A stretch of DNA of 64,000 nucleotides from an uncultured Gemmatimonadales bacterium (GTDB lineage Bacteria > Gemmatimonadota > Gemmatimonadetes > Gemmatimonadales > GWC2-71-9), in NCBI GenBank assembly GCA_963739455.1, contig CAVUAK010000002.1:432641-496640 (forward strand), written 5' to 3'. Below, in pieces: positions 50,872 to 61,130 of this stretch. A model generated the notes under the pieces. The model had not been told where the DNA came from and ran no database searches. It saw only the letters and a program-made list of their open reading frames with translations. Every line of letters begins with the position of its first letter. Position 1 is the stretch's first letter. The position numbers were made by a program, and so were the translations under genes.

Positions 50872-52077
50872 GAGTCGTCTCCCATCTTCCGTTCATAGTC
50901 GGCGAGGTAGCCGACGATGGCATCCGCGATCGCCGATGCCATGCGCTGCTGCGACGTCTTGTTCGTCATGATGCGCGCGTCAGCGGGGTTGGTGCTGTAG
51001 CCCATTTCCACCAGGACCGCCGGTCGCCGCGCCGTGGTCAGCACCATGAAGCCGGCCTGCTTCACACCGCGATCGCCTCCCGGATTGACGCTGCCGAGCT
51101 GGACCTGGATCAATTCGGCGAGGCGGGCCGACTCACGCAGGTACTCGTTGGTCGCGAGGTCCTTGAGGATGAAGCCAAGTCCCTGTTTTTCGGCGGCGGC
51201 CTCGGTCTCCGGCTCGAAGCGGACCGCCTCATTCTCCATGTTCGCCACGCGCTCGGCGTCTTCCGTCTTGGCCTCGGCCAGGAAGAACGTCTCGTATCCC
51301 CTGACGTCGGTGTATCCGCGACGCCGGGGGAGCGAGTTCACGTGAAGGCTGACGAACAGGTCGCAGTCCTCGGTGCAATAGGCGCCGCGGTCGCCCAGCG
51401 CGATCAGCGTGTCGCGCGTGCGGGTCATGCGAACGGTGATGCCGCGCGCCCGCAACTCCTCCCGGAGCAGCAAGCTCATCTGGAGCGTGACGTCCTTTTC
51501 CTTCATGCCGGCGGGAAAGAACACCCCGGGATTGCCGGGGTCCACACCGCCGTGTCCGGCATCGACCGTGACCACATGCTGGCGCCGCAGCGTGCCGCCC
51601 GGTGCCACCGTCCCCCGGACGCGCGGCTTGGCCACCGGCGTTTCGGGGGCGGCGGCATCGCCGGAGCCCTTTACCAGCTGCCAGCCCGCATCCATGAGGC
51701 GACCGGCGTCGACGTCGTACCGGTATCGCTCGGAGAAGAGCCGGGGGAGCACATCTGACACCAGCTGGAGCGGGAGATATGCGGTGTCACGCTGCACGAT
51801 GGCGCCGGAGACCAGTGGCTGCGGCTTGCCGTCGAAAACCACGTACGGCGCAGCGAGGAGAAAGCGAAGCTGCTGCCGTGCCACGAAGACGTCGAGCCAC
51901 GCCTCTTCCTGCTTGAACGTGCCGCCGAGGGCGGCGAGCAAAGCGCGGGCCTGCAGAAGTGGTGTTCCGTCGACCCCGAAGGATCACCGGGATGCGCTGC
52001 TCACCCCGCACCGATGCGATGGTGATCGCGCTCGGGGCGCCAACTGCCATGGCGAGGGCGAGCCAGAGCCCGGTCAT
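50868..52077 (-). CDS. N-acetylmuramoyl-L-alanine amidase, Amidase_3 (frameshift ~51960)
   Basis: VDAGHGGVDPG, EKDVTL, FVSLHVN, VKQAGFMVL, PAVLVEMGY; signal peptide in ORF 51787..52077. Confidence 0.9.
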
Positions 52078-52560
52078 TCGCGGCTCCGGTTCGAGAGGGC
52101 GCGAGCCACGTCACGCTCCGCCGTGCGTTTCTTCACGTCCTCGCGGCGATCATGGTGCTTCTTGCCGCGGCCCAGCCCGACGAGCGAGCTTGATGCGCCC
52201 GCGCCGGAAGTAGAGCTCGAGCGGCACCAGCGTCAGCCCCTTCTGTTCCGTGGCCCCGATGAGGCGCTCGATCTCCTTCCGGTGCAGGAGCAGCTTCCGG
52301 GTGCGCATCGGGTCATGGTTGTAGTGCCCACCCTGGGCGTACGGCGTGATGTTCAGCCCGTCCACGAAGACTTCCCCGTTCCGCACCCGGCCGTAGGCTT
52401 CCTTGATGGACGCTTTTCCGGACCGGAGCGACTTGACCTCGGTGCCGGTCAGGACGACGCCGGCCTCCCAGGTGTCGAGGATGTGATAGTCGTAGGACGC
52501 CCGGGGATTCCGGGCCACGAAGAGCTTGTCTTCCGCGGGGGACTTCGAAGGCGTAACCAT
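52074..52560 (-). CDS. smpB: SsrA-binding protein (frameshift ~52185)
   Basis: NPRASYDY, EAGVVLTGTEVKSLR, RTRKLLLHRKEI, KGLTLVP. Confidence 0.95.
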
Positions 52561-52610
52561 CGTTGCGAGTGAAGGATAGGCCCCCACTTCGGCATGGTCA
52601 ACCAAACTGC

Positions 52611-52639
52611 TTGCCGCGTCACACACGGCATGATACGTT
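52611..52639 (+). promoter_or_regulatory. Putative sigma70 promoter for tRNA-Leu
   Basis: TTGCCG-17 bp-TACGTT with an extended TGn, 11 bp before the tRNA. Confidence 0.6.
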
Positions 52640-52650
52640 TACCGCCCTTC

Positions 52651-52734
52651 GCCGGAGTGGTGGAACTGGTAGACGCGCTGCGTTCAGGGCGCAGTGGGCG
52701 CAAGCCCGTGGGGGTTCGAGTCCCCCCTTCGGCA
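52651..52734 (+). tRNA. tRNA-Leu (anticodon CAG); CCA not encoded
   Basis: Acceptor stem GCCGGAG/CTTCGGC, D loop with TGGTAGAC, anticodon arm CTGCG-TTCAGGG-CGCAG, long variable arm, T arm GGGGG-TTCGAGT-CCCCC. Confidence 0.97.
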
Positions 52735-52757
52735 CTCGAGACAGCTCAATTGGTTGT

Positions 52758-52797
52758 GAAACGGGCCCGGTCGCCAATGCGACCGGGCCCGTTTTTC
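52758..52797. terminator. Bidirectional terminator between tRNA-Leu and the Rrf2 gene
   Basis: gaaacgggcccggtcgc-caat-gcgaccgggcccgtttttc. Confidence 0.85.
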
Positions 52798-52823
52798 ATT
52801 GATCGGCGAAGATGAAGGCGGTG

Positions 52824-53285
52824 TCAGTTCACGCTGGACGTGAGGGTGACAAGTTCCTGCACATGGGCCTCGTCGCGCAGCAGGTCGGCGAGGCTCACGC
52901 CACTCAGGAAGTCATCGATGCGATGCTGCAGCGCAAACCAGATCGGCCGGATGCTGCATGAGGCGTCACCGGCACAGCGCTCGCCATCCACCTGGTGCGT
53001 ATCGCAGTTGACCTCGAAGGTCTGGTGCTCCGACGCCTGCATGACGTCACGCACCGAGATTTCCGAGGGCTGCCGCGCCAGGGTATAGCCGCCACGCGCA
53101 CCCCGGACGCTCTCAACCAGCCCCGCCCGCCTGAGCCGGAGGAGGATCTGCTCCACATAGTCGGGAGGAAGCCGCTCGGCGTCGGCCAGCTCGCGGGCCG
53201 CCACCGGCGATGAGCTGGTGCGGCCTCGCTTGGCGAGGTGAAGCGAGATGATCAGGGAGTATTCGGTCCAGGTGGTAACGCGCAT
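52824..53285 (-). CDS. Rrf2 family transcriptional regulator (three Cys, IscR/CymR-like)
   Basis: YVEQILLRLRRAGLVESVRGARGGYTL; C..C..C cluster before IW. Confidence 0.92.
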   Translation of the reverse strand: MRVTTWTEYSLIISLHLAKRGRTSSSPVAARELADAERLPPDYVEQILLRLRRAGLVESVRGARGGYTLARQPSEISVRDVMQASEHQTFEVNCDTHQVDGERCAGDASCSIRPIWFALQHRIDDFLSGVSLADLLRDEAHVQELVTLTSSVN

Positions 53286-53330
53286 GGCGCCAATATCACC
53301 GAATTCCGGGGAACCGACAAGAACAGGGCA

Positions 53331-54749
53331 TCAGCCGCCGCCAGGCAGGGGCTTGCCGCCGGGAATGCCAATTTCCGTCATGGCCCTGAGGTCCAGCACT
53401 TCCTCGAGTTCCCTGCCCTCGAGCAGGCCCTTCTTCACCACCAGTTCCTTCACCGTCAGGCCGGTGGCGATCGCCTCCTTGGCGAGCTTGGCAGCCTCGG
53501 CATACCCCAGCTTGGGCGCCAGTGCCGTGACCAGCGCCGGGCTTCGCTCCAGCCAGTAGGCGCAGGCCTTTTCATCGGCTTCGATGCCGTCGATGCACTT
53601 CTCGGCGAAGACGCGTGACGCATTCCCGACGATCATCAGGCTGAAGACGATGTTGTGCGTGATCACCGGCATCATCACGTTGAGCTCGAGCTGCCCCGCC
53701 TCGGAGGCCATCGCCACGGTAGTGTCGAGGCCGAGCGCCTGGTAGCAGACCTGGTTCACCATCTCGGCGATCGACGGGTTCACCTTGCCAGGCATGATGC
53801 TGGAGCCGGGCTGCACCGCGGGGAGCATGATCTCGGCGAGTCCGGTGCGAGGACCTGAGGCAAGCAGCCGGATGTCATTGGCAATCTTGTTCAGGTCGAG
53901 CACGAAAGCGCGCACCACGCCGCTGAACGTGGCGATGTCGCCCATCGACTGCATGAGCTGGATGCGGTCCTCTCCCAGTCGCAGGTCGAGGCCGCTCACT
54001 TCCTCGAGGTACTTCCACATCAGCTCGGGGTACTGCGGTTCCGCATTGAGGCCGGTGCCGACGGCCGTACCGCCGATGTTAAGGTCGCGCAGCCATTCTG
54101 CCGCCCGGGTGAGCTTCTCGCGATGGCGCGCGACGGTGGCACCGAAGGCGGTGAACTCCTGGCCCAGGCGAATCGGCGTGGCATCCTGGAGGTGCGTGCG
54201 TCCCGACTTGACGATGTGATCGAATTCCACGCCCTTCTTCAGCAGGGACTCGGCGAGGGCATCGATGCTGGCCAGGAACGGCCGCAGCGTGGCAAGTGTG
54301 GCCAGGCGCATCGCCGTGGGGATCACGTCGTTGGTGCTCTGCGCCATGTTGACGTGATCGTTCGGGTGCACCGGCGCGTACTTGCCGCGCGCGCCGCCCA
54401 GGAGCTCGTTGGCCCGGTTCGCCAGCACTTCGTTAACGTTCATGTTGTGACTGGTACCGGCACCCGCCTGGTACACATCCACGATGAACTGGTCGCGATG
54501 CTGCCCACCGAGCACTTCGTCGGCGGCCTGCACGATCGCATCGGCGAGTCGCGCCTCCAGGCGGCCGGTCTCGCGATGCGTCATGGCGGCGCTGCGCTTG
54601 ACCCACACGACGGCGTCGACGAACTGCGGAAGCGGGCGGAGCCCCGAGATCGGGAAGTTCTCGGCCGCGCGCAGGGTCTGGATGCCGTAGAGGGCGTCGG
54701 CCGGCACGGGCTTCTCGCCCAGCGGATCGTGCTCGATGCGCGTGGTCAT
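53331..54749 (-). CDS. aspA: Aspartate ammonia-lyase (fumarase/aspartase superfamily)
   Basis: YGIQTLRA.ENF, QAGAGTSHNMN, HPNDHVNMAQSTND, GRTHLQDA, GSSIMPGKVNP. Confidence 0.8.
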   Translation of the reverse strand: MTTRIEHDPLGEKPVPADALYGIQTLRAAENFPISGLRPLPQFVDAVVWVKRSAAMTHRETGRLEARLADAIVQAADEVLGGQHRDQFIVDVYQAGAGTSHNMNVNEVLANRANELLGGARGKYAPVHPNDHVNMAQSTNDVIPTAMRLATLATLRPFLASIDALAESLLKKGVEFDHIVKSGRTHLQDATPIRLGQEFTAFGATVARHREKLTRAAEWLRDLNIGGTAVGTGLNAEPQYPELMWKYLEEVSGLDLRLGEDRIQLMQSMGDIATFSGVVRAFVLDLNKIANDIRLLASGPRTGLAEIMLPAVQPGSSIMPGKVNPSIAEMVNQVCYQALGLDTTVAMASEAGQLELNVMMPVITHNIVFSLMIVGNASRVFAEKCIDGIEADEKACAYWLERSPALVTALAPKLGYAEAAKLAKEAIATGLTVKELVVKKGLLEGRELEEVLDLRAMTEIGIPGGKPLPGGG

Positions 54750-54811
54750 GCGGGGAGTGCCAGTCGGGAAGGATGATCGCGAGGCGAGCCTCACGAACGG
54801 GGAGCAGCAGC

Positions 54812-55135
54812 ATGCCGAGTCATTTCTCCAATATTGCCGACGCGATCCACTTCGATGCCGCCAAGGCGACGAAGGCCGACCTGGCTCGCGGCTCCACCCT
54901 CTTCGCCGGGCTCAACTGCTTCGAACCGGGGCAGTCCCAGCAGCTTCATGCCCACCGTGGAGCGGACAAATTCTACCTTGTGCTATCCGGAAAGGCGAGA
55001 ATGACAGTGGGTGAGGAAACACTGGTCGCGGAGGCCGGCACACTTGTGTGGGCGGCAGCCGGCGTGCCGCACGGCGTTGACGAGGCCCTTGAGCGCACGG
55101 TGATGCTCGTATCGATGGCCCCGCCACCCGGCTGA
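54812..55135 (+). CDS. Cupin domain protein
   Basis: FEPGQSQQLHAH..ADKFYLVLSG, AGVPHGV. Confidence 0.85.
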   Translation: MPSHFSNIADAIHFDAAKATKADLARGSTLFAGLNCFEPGQSQQLHAHRGADKFYLVLSGKARMTVGEETLVAEAGTLVWAAAGVPHGVDEALERTVMLVSMAPPPG

Positions 55136-55137
55136 AC

Positions 55138-56019
55138 TCAGGGAGCGCGACTGCCGAACGTCCGCCCGACCCCCTCCTTCACCGCCGGCCACCCATAGTG
55201 GCGGATCGCCAGCCAGATGCCGAGTGCAGTGCCGATCCCGTTGGCGTAGACGCGCCAGGCGAGCAGTAGCTGCGACCCGTCGTTCCCGAGATCGCCCGCC
55301 GCACCCCCGAGGAAGCCGAACTCGACCGCCCCTGCACCGCCCGGCGTGGGCAGGATCAACTGCGCGTAGATGAGCGCAAACGACCCGACCACGAGCACGG
55401 GAAGCGCCGGCGGATCGGGGAGCGTCAGCGCCAGGACCGGAAGCAGGGCGATGCGGGTGACGACGTTCACGAAGGACAGTGGCAAGCTGGCGATCAGCGG
55501 CCAGTGCGGCATGCGCCGCCAGTAGACCCGGATGCGGCTGAGCGGGACGCTTGAGCTGGCGCGGCAGGGCGTGCGCCACCCGGCGCCCGCCGATCCATGC
55601 CGCCAGGCTCGCGACGACGATGGCGAGCGCCCACGGCCACGCCTTGTGCAGGGACGCCGTGAGCTGGGGCCCGGCGCTCGCCCACCACTCCGGCGCGTAG
55701 CCAAGGAAGATCCAGAGCCCCACCGCGATGAGCACCGGCCAGGCCGTGATGACCTCGTACGCGATGGCGACGAATGACGCCGTTGCCGGGACGCCGCAGG
55801 CAAGCATGCCGGCGAGCCGTGGCCGGCTCGCCGCCCACGCGCATCGGCGTGAGGGTCGAGCCCGGCGTCGGCAAAGGCGTTGATGCGCAGGCTCTCCGAA
55901 AACGTGAGCCGTGACCCGACGCCGAGGGTGAGCCACTGGAGCCGGAAGGTGCGCGCCACCAGGTCGGCAACGACGAGGGCGAGGCAGATGGCATGCGCGA
56001 CCGGCACGGAGAGGTGCAT
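55138..56019 (-). CDS. Lysylphosphatidylglycerol-synthase TM (MprF flippase-like) membrane protein (frameshifted)
   Basis: Multiple TM segments, TLTPMRVGGEP, LPTPGGAGAVE, LLAWR..Y motifs typical of LPG_synthase_TM/UPF0104. Confidence 0.75.
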   Translation of the reverse strand: MHLSVPVAHAICLALVVADLVARTFRLQWLTLGVGSRLTFSESLRINAFADAGLDPHADARGRRAGHGSPACLPAASRQRRHSSPSRTRSSRPGRCSSRWGSGSSLATRRSGGRAPGPSSRRPCTRRGRGRSPSSSRAWRHGSAGAGWRTPCRASSSVPLSRIRVYWRRMPHWPLIASLPLSFVNVVTRIALLPVLALTLPDPPALPVLVVGSFALIYAQLILPTPGGAGAVEFGFLGGAAGDLGNDGSQLLLAWRVYANGIGTALGIWLAIRHYGWPAVKEGVGRTFGSRAP

Positions 56020-56021
56020 CG

Positions 56022-56744
56022 TCACGCGAGGAGCGAGGCGTAGGAACGCGACTCGCGATTCGCGGTCCATCGCGCCAGGGACTCTGCCACCGACCGGGCG
56101 ACCGACCGGGTGGCTGAGGTCGGCCGGATGCAGCGCCACGCGCATCACCGCCGCAGCGCCGCTGGCCGCGCCAGCGCCACTCGGCGACCAGCACCGACAC
56201 GCGGGCCCGGAACGCCGTGCGCGCGCTCCAGCGCAGTGCCGGTGACGCGATGCGACGTCCGCTCGCCAGGTAGATCGCGGCCTCATCCTCGGTGAAGGCG
56301 AGGCCCGGCGGCATAGATGCCCGGCCGCGCGTCCGGCCCGCATCAGCCAGGCCGGCGGCACGAACCCCCGTGCCGCAAACCCGAGGGCCCGGAGACGCGC
56401 GAGGCCCGCGTGCGACCAGCGCCTCGAGTTCCGGCGCGTCGAGCGTGAGGCACTCACCCTCGCGAGCGGTCCGTCCCGCGGCGCGGAGCTCGTCACCCAA
56501 GCGCGCGCGGTCGCCCCGCCTCGTCGTGACGCTCGCCGTGCAGGATGATCTCGGCACCCTCGCGATACGGCGCCGCGCAGCCACGCCAGGAACTCGGCGT
56601 CACGCTCGATGGGCGCGCGCCGTGCCAGTCGGGAACGACGAGGAGCGCGGGCACGACACCCGCCTCACGGCAGAGCTGCCAGAGTTGCCGCACCGCCGGG
56701 AGGTTGGGAGGGGCCACATCGTGAATGGAGACGAGCAGGGTCAC
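56022..56744 (-). CDS. Polysaccharide-deacetylase-like protein (DUF2334/CE4; frameshifted)
   Basis: LLVSIHDVAP, LLVVPDWHG, LHGERH, GFVPPAW, RVALHPAD. Confidence 0.75.
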
Positions 56745-57998
56745 CGGCCGAGCAATCCCTCGTAGACCCCGAAGATGCGATCGAACACGCTGTCCCAGCT
56801 GTGTTCACGCTCCGCATGCGCGCGCGCGCGACGGCTCAGGGCCGCGCGATCGGCCGCCATCATCGACTCGACGCCGCGGAGCAGTGCACCGGGCTCATCG
56901 GAGTGGTAGAGGAACGCCGGCGCCGGAGCGCGTGACCTGTTCCGACACCCCGCCGTCGTCGGCCGAGAGGACCGGCGTGCCGCTCGCGAGCGCCTCGAGC
57001 GCTGCGAGGCCGAAGGTCTCGTACGGGACAGGGCGACACGTAGAAATCGGCGGCGGCATGAAGATCTGCGATGGTCTCGCGCGTCCGGGTGTAGCCCAGC
57101 ACCACGAGTCCCGGTCCGGCGAGCGCCTCGAGCTTCGGGCGAAGCGATCCCTCACCCACCATGACGAGCGTGACCCCGGTACGGCGGTAGACCTCGCCCC
57201 AGGCCGCCGCGAGCCGTCCCGCATGCTTCTCGGGCGCGAACCGCCCGACGTACAGTGCCACCTGTCCCTCCGGCAGCCCCAGCCGCGCACGGGCCGATGG
57301 CATCGGCGGCGTGGCGGGCCGGATGGAACAGGTCGAGGTCGACGCCGAGCGGGACGTACGCCACGTTGGTCACGCCGACACGCTCGAGGTCGCGTCGCGC
57401 GAAGTCGGATGCCACGATCGTGCAGTCCACCGCGGCGGCGATACGCCTGGTGTACCAGCCCACGACGCTCGCCAGCGCGCGGCGCGGCGCCGGCTCGCGG
57501 TCCTGCCGGGGCGCCACGAGGCGAGGCAGGTTCGCGTGATAGAACCAGACCGCCGGGGCCTGGTACTGCCGCCGCGCGCGGAAGATCAGCCACGGGGCGA
57601 AGTACGCACTGCCCACCTCGATGACATCGGGCCGCTCGTGCGCCACGATTCGGCTCGTCGACCGCGTGGCCAGCATGAAGCGATAGGCCGGATTGAACGG
57701 GAATGGCCGGGCCGCGCAGCCGATAGCAGCGCACCCCGTCGGACTCCACGATGGCATCGTGCGCGCCTGGAATCAGCAGCACCTGCCGGAGCTGCGGCCG
57801 CCGCGACACGTAGCGCGCCTTCTCGGCGAGGTAGGTACGCACGCCACCCGTGAAGTCACCGACGTACTCGGAGATATCGAGCACGCCCAGGGAACTGTCG
57901 GGACGGAGCGGTGGCGGGAGGGGAGAACCTGCGATGTCGATCGGCGTGCTGGCCGCCGAGGAGAAGATGCGCTGCTCGACGAGCGCACCGGACGTCAT
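56741..57998 (-). CDS. Glycosyltransferase family 4 (GT-B; frameshifted)
   Basis: DISEY...GGVRTYL, PDVIEVGS, PLGVDLDLFHP, YVGRFAPEK, ETFGLAALEALASGTPV (EX7E). Confidence 0.88.
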
Positions 57999-58017
57999 TC
58001 GGACCCCGGGCGCGCGG

Positions 58018-58665
58018 TCATCCGGCGCGGACTTCGCCGGTGATGAAGGGATTGGTGGCGCGCTCGATCCCGATGGTGGAATCGTCGCCATGGCCGGCGT
58101 AGAGCACCGTGTCGTCGGCGAGTGTCAGCAGGTGCGTATGGATGCTGCGCATGAGCGTGAAGAAATCGCCGCCCGGAAGGTCGGTGCGCCCGATGGACCC
58201 GCTGAAGAGTACGTCACCCGCGACCACCATGCCCGGACCCACGAAGCTCACGCTGCCCGGCGAATGACCCGGCGTGTGGCGCACGACGAACCGATGGGGC
58301 CCAACGCTCAGTTCCTGCCCATCGAACAGCTCCCCGTCAGGCACGGGCAGCGCGGCAGATGCGAAACCCATCCATGTGGCCTGCTGGGGCACGTTCGCAT
58401 ACAGCGGATGGTCCTCGGGGTGGAGCAGCACCGGCGCCGACGTGAGTTGCGTGGCCTGCGGCACGCCAAGGACGTGATCGATGTGCGCGTGCGTGAGCCA
58501 GATCGCCTCGACACGCCACCCGCCGCGCGTCACCTCCGCAAGCAACTCACCAGGATCCTCGCCGGGATCGATGAGCACCGCCGCGCGTGACGCCTCGTCG
58601 CCAAGCAGGTAACTGTTCTGCTCAAAGCGGCCATTGGTGAACTTCCCCACCACCAGCTCAGACAC
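58018..58665 (-). CDS. MBL-fold metallo-hydrolase (glyoxalase II/YcbL-like)
   Basis: LIDPG, THAHIDH, HTPGHSPG, GDVLF.GSIGRTDLPGG, GHG..STIG.E..NPF. Confidence 0.92.
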   Translation of the reverse strand: MSELVVGKFTNGRFEQNSYLLGDEASRAAVLIDPGEDPGELLAEVTRGGWRVEAIWLTHAHIDHVLGVPQATQLTSAPVLLHPEDHPLYANVPQQATWMGFASAALPVPDGELFDGQELSVGPHRFVVRHTPGHSPGSVSFVGPGMVVAGDVLFSGSIGRTDLPGGDFFTLMRSIHTHLLTLADDTVLYAGHGDDSTIGIERATNPFITGEVRAG

Positions 58666-59637
58666 CGGCGTGGGCTCCCGCGCCAGCACGAACGGCCGGC
58701 CTGCCGGCGCTCCGTGAGGTATTTCTCGACCGCGATGGCGGCCGTCGTCGCGTCGCCCACGGCGGTGGTGACCTGGCGGGTGAGCTGCACGCGAAGGTCG
58801 CCGGCCGCGAAGAGACCCGGAATGGAGGTCATCATCCGGTCGTCGGTGATCATGTACCCGCTGGCGTCGTGCGCGAAGTGTTCCTGTACGATGCCGGAGT
58901 TGGGACGAAATCCGATGAACACGAAGCACCCGGTCACCTTGAGCTCGGAGAGCTGGCCGTTCTCGGTGTCCTCGAGCGCCATGGTCTTGAGGCCCGACGG
59001 GTCGCCGAACAGTTCCAGCACTCGCTTGTTCCAGACCATCTCGATCTTCGGGTTCCGGAACAATCGCTCCTGCAGGATCTTCGACGCGCGCAATTCGCCG
59101 CGGCGATGAACCAGGTACACCTTCTCGGCGTAGCGCGTGAGGTAGTCGGCCTCCTCGACCGCAGCATCACCACCACCCACGACCGCGATTGTCTCGCCCT
59201 TGAAGAACGCACCGTCGCATACCGCACAGTAGGAAACACCTCGCCCGGCGTATTCGAGCTCGCCCGGAACCTCCAGCTTGAGCGGCGTTCCGCCCGGCCG
59301 TGATGATGACCGCCGGCGCCTCGAAGATGGTGCCGAGCGACGTCGTCACCTCGAAGGTGCCGTCCGGCCGCCGCGCAATGGACTCGGCATTCTCCTGCCG
59401 GATCTCCGCGCCGAACTGCAGGGCGTGCTGGGTCATGAGGGCCGCGAGCTCGCGGCCCTTCACCTTCGGGAAGCCCGGATAGTCCTCGATCCACTCGGTA
59501 TTGAGCAGCTCGCCACCAGGCACACCGCGCTCGAGCAGCACCGTCCGGAGCATGCCGCGACCACCATAAAGCGCCGCGCACAACCCCGCTGGCCCGCCAC
59601 CCACGATTACCACCTCATACTGCTCACGAACTGCCAT
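58658..59637 (-). CDS. trxB: Thioredoxin reductase (frameshifts ~59295, ~58700)
   Basis: GGGPAG, IEDYPG, manually read SYCAVCDG near 59215-59240, GGGDAAVEEA, VHRR, FAAGD. Confidence 0.92.
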
Positions 59638-59671
59638 GAACCACTCCGAAAAGGACTGGATGAAATATAGC

Positions 59672-60404
59672 CTACCGAAGAACCCGGCCCCCGTCGACCA
59701 CCAGCACGTCACCAGTGACGAAATCGGCCCGCTCCAGGAGGTAGAGCATCGCCTGCACGACATCGTCCGGCTGCCCCAGGCGACGCAGCGGGGTTGATTC
59801 CGCGAGGCGGATGCGCTCGGCCTCGGAATAGTCATCGGGAACCAGTACCGCACCCGGCGCGATGGCATTCACCGTGACCTCCGGTGCGAGGCTCCTGGCG
59901 AGGACGCGCGTCAGCATCACCACGCCGGCCTTGCTGACGGAATGCGCGGCATAACCGGGCCACGGCTCGAGACCCCCGAGATCGGCGAGGTTGATGATCT
60001 TGCCACGTGCCTTCCGGAGGAACGGTGCGGCGCCCTGCGAGACGAAAAAGACGGAGCGGAGATTGAGGCTGAGGACCTGGTCGTAGAGTTCGGGCGTCGT
60101 GTCGTCGAAGGCAACGTGGTGCATCACGGCCGCCGAGTTGACCAGGACGTCCAGTTGGCCGAACTCGGTCGCAACTCGGCCTGCCAGCGCACGCGCGGCC
60201 TCGGCATCGCCGAGATCGGCCTGGAAGCAGACAGCACGGCCACCGCGGGAGGTCGATCTCCTCGCGAAGCGAATCCGCGCCGTCCTTCGAGGCATTGTAG
60301 TGAAGCGCCATCATCATGCCGCGCCCGGCGAGGGCCTCGGCGAAGGCCCGCCCGAGCCGCCGCCCCGCGCCCGTGACGAGGGCGACGCGGCCGGCGAGTT
60401 CCAT
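59672..60404 (-). CDS. SDR, pteridine reductase/FolM-like (frameshift ~60255)
   Basis: TGAGRRLG, ALHYN.S, LVNSA, SKAG, LAPEVTVNAIAPG, FVTG..LVVDGG. Confidence 0.8.
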
Positions 60405-60406
60405 GG

Positions 60407-61129
60407 CTAGACGGCGCCTCGCGAAATCGGGAGCACCAGGCCGTTGATGGCCTCGGCCGCGGCACTCGCGAGGAACAACACCCCGTCGATGATGTGCTGC
60501 ATCTCCACGTACGTCGCGTCGGCGCCGGAAGCGCCCACGTTTTCCGGGGTGCGTACCATCGCCGGCGCGATGGCGTTGACGCGCACGAACCGCGGCTGCA
60601 GCTCCACAGCCAGGCTGCGCGTGAGGGCCGCGACGCCCGCCTTCGCCGCGGCGTAGATCGCCATGTTGGCCTGCGGCTGGAAGTACGCAATCGATGCGAC
60701 GTTCACGATCGACCCGTGCGTCTTCGCCAGCTCATCGATGGCCGCCTGCGACATCATGAAGGTGGTCTTGAGGTTGATCCCGACCTCGCGATCAAACGCC
60801 TTGACCGTGGTGTCGGCGACCGGGCCGTACGTCGTGAGCCCTCCGGCAATATTGACCAGCGCGTCCAGCCGCCCGTAGTACTTGATGGCCGTCTCCACCG
60901 CGAGGCGGGCGATGTCCGGTTCGGTGAGGTCGCCAGCCGCAGGGCGGGCCTCGAGTCCAAGCGCCTGGAATTCCTTTGCGCGCTCGGCGACGCCGGTGGC
61001 ATTCACGTCGCAAAGGACGAGCTGCGCGCCGGCGCGCGCAAAGGCCAGGGCCATCGCATGGCCGATCTGGCCAGGGCGGCCCACACCGGTGACGATGACC
61101 ACCTTGCCGCGATAGTCGAACGTCAGCAT
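60407..61129 (-). CDS. Short-chain dehydrogenase/reductase
   Basis: TGVGRPGQIG, LDALVNIAG, YAAAK, RVNAIAP. Confidence 0.9.
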   Translation of the reverse strand: MLTFDYRGKVVIVTGVGRPGQIGHAMALAFARAGAQLVLCDVNATGVAERAKEFQALGLEARPAAGDLTEPDIARLAVETAIKYYGRLDALVNIAGGLTTYGPVADTTVKAFDREVGINLKTTFMMSQAAIDELAKTHGSIVNVASIAYFQPQANMAIYAAAKAGVAALTRSLAVELQPRFVRVNAIAPAMVRTPENVGASGADATYVEMQHIIDGVLFLASAAAEAINGLVLPISRGAV

Positions 61130-61130
61130 C

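Noticed and set aside
52651..52800. tRNA-Leu or smpB as an integration site for an island or prophage
   Set aside because: No integrase, duplicated tRNA 3' end or compositional shift noticed; the flanks are housekeeping genes.
55138..56496. Apparent deacetylase-flippase fusion ORF (452 aa)
   Set aside because: The translation drifts in and out of sensible sequence; it is a patchwork caused by multiple indels, and a stop/start overlap is present at ~56019-56025.
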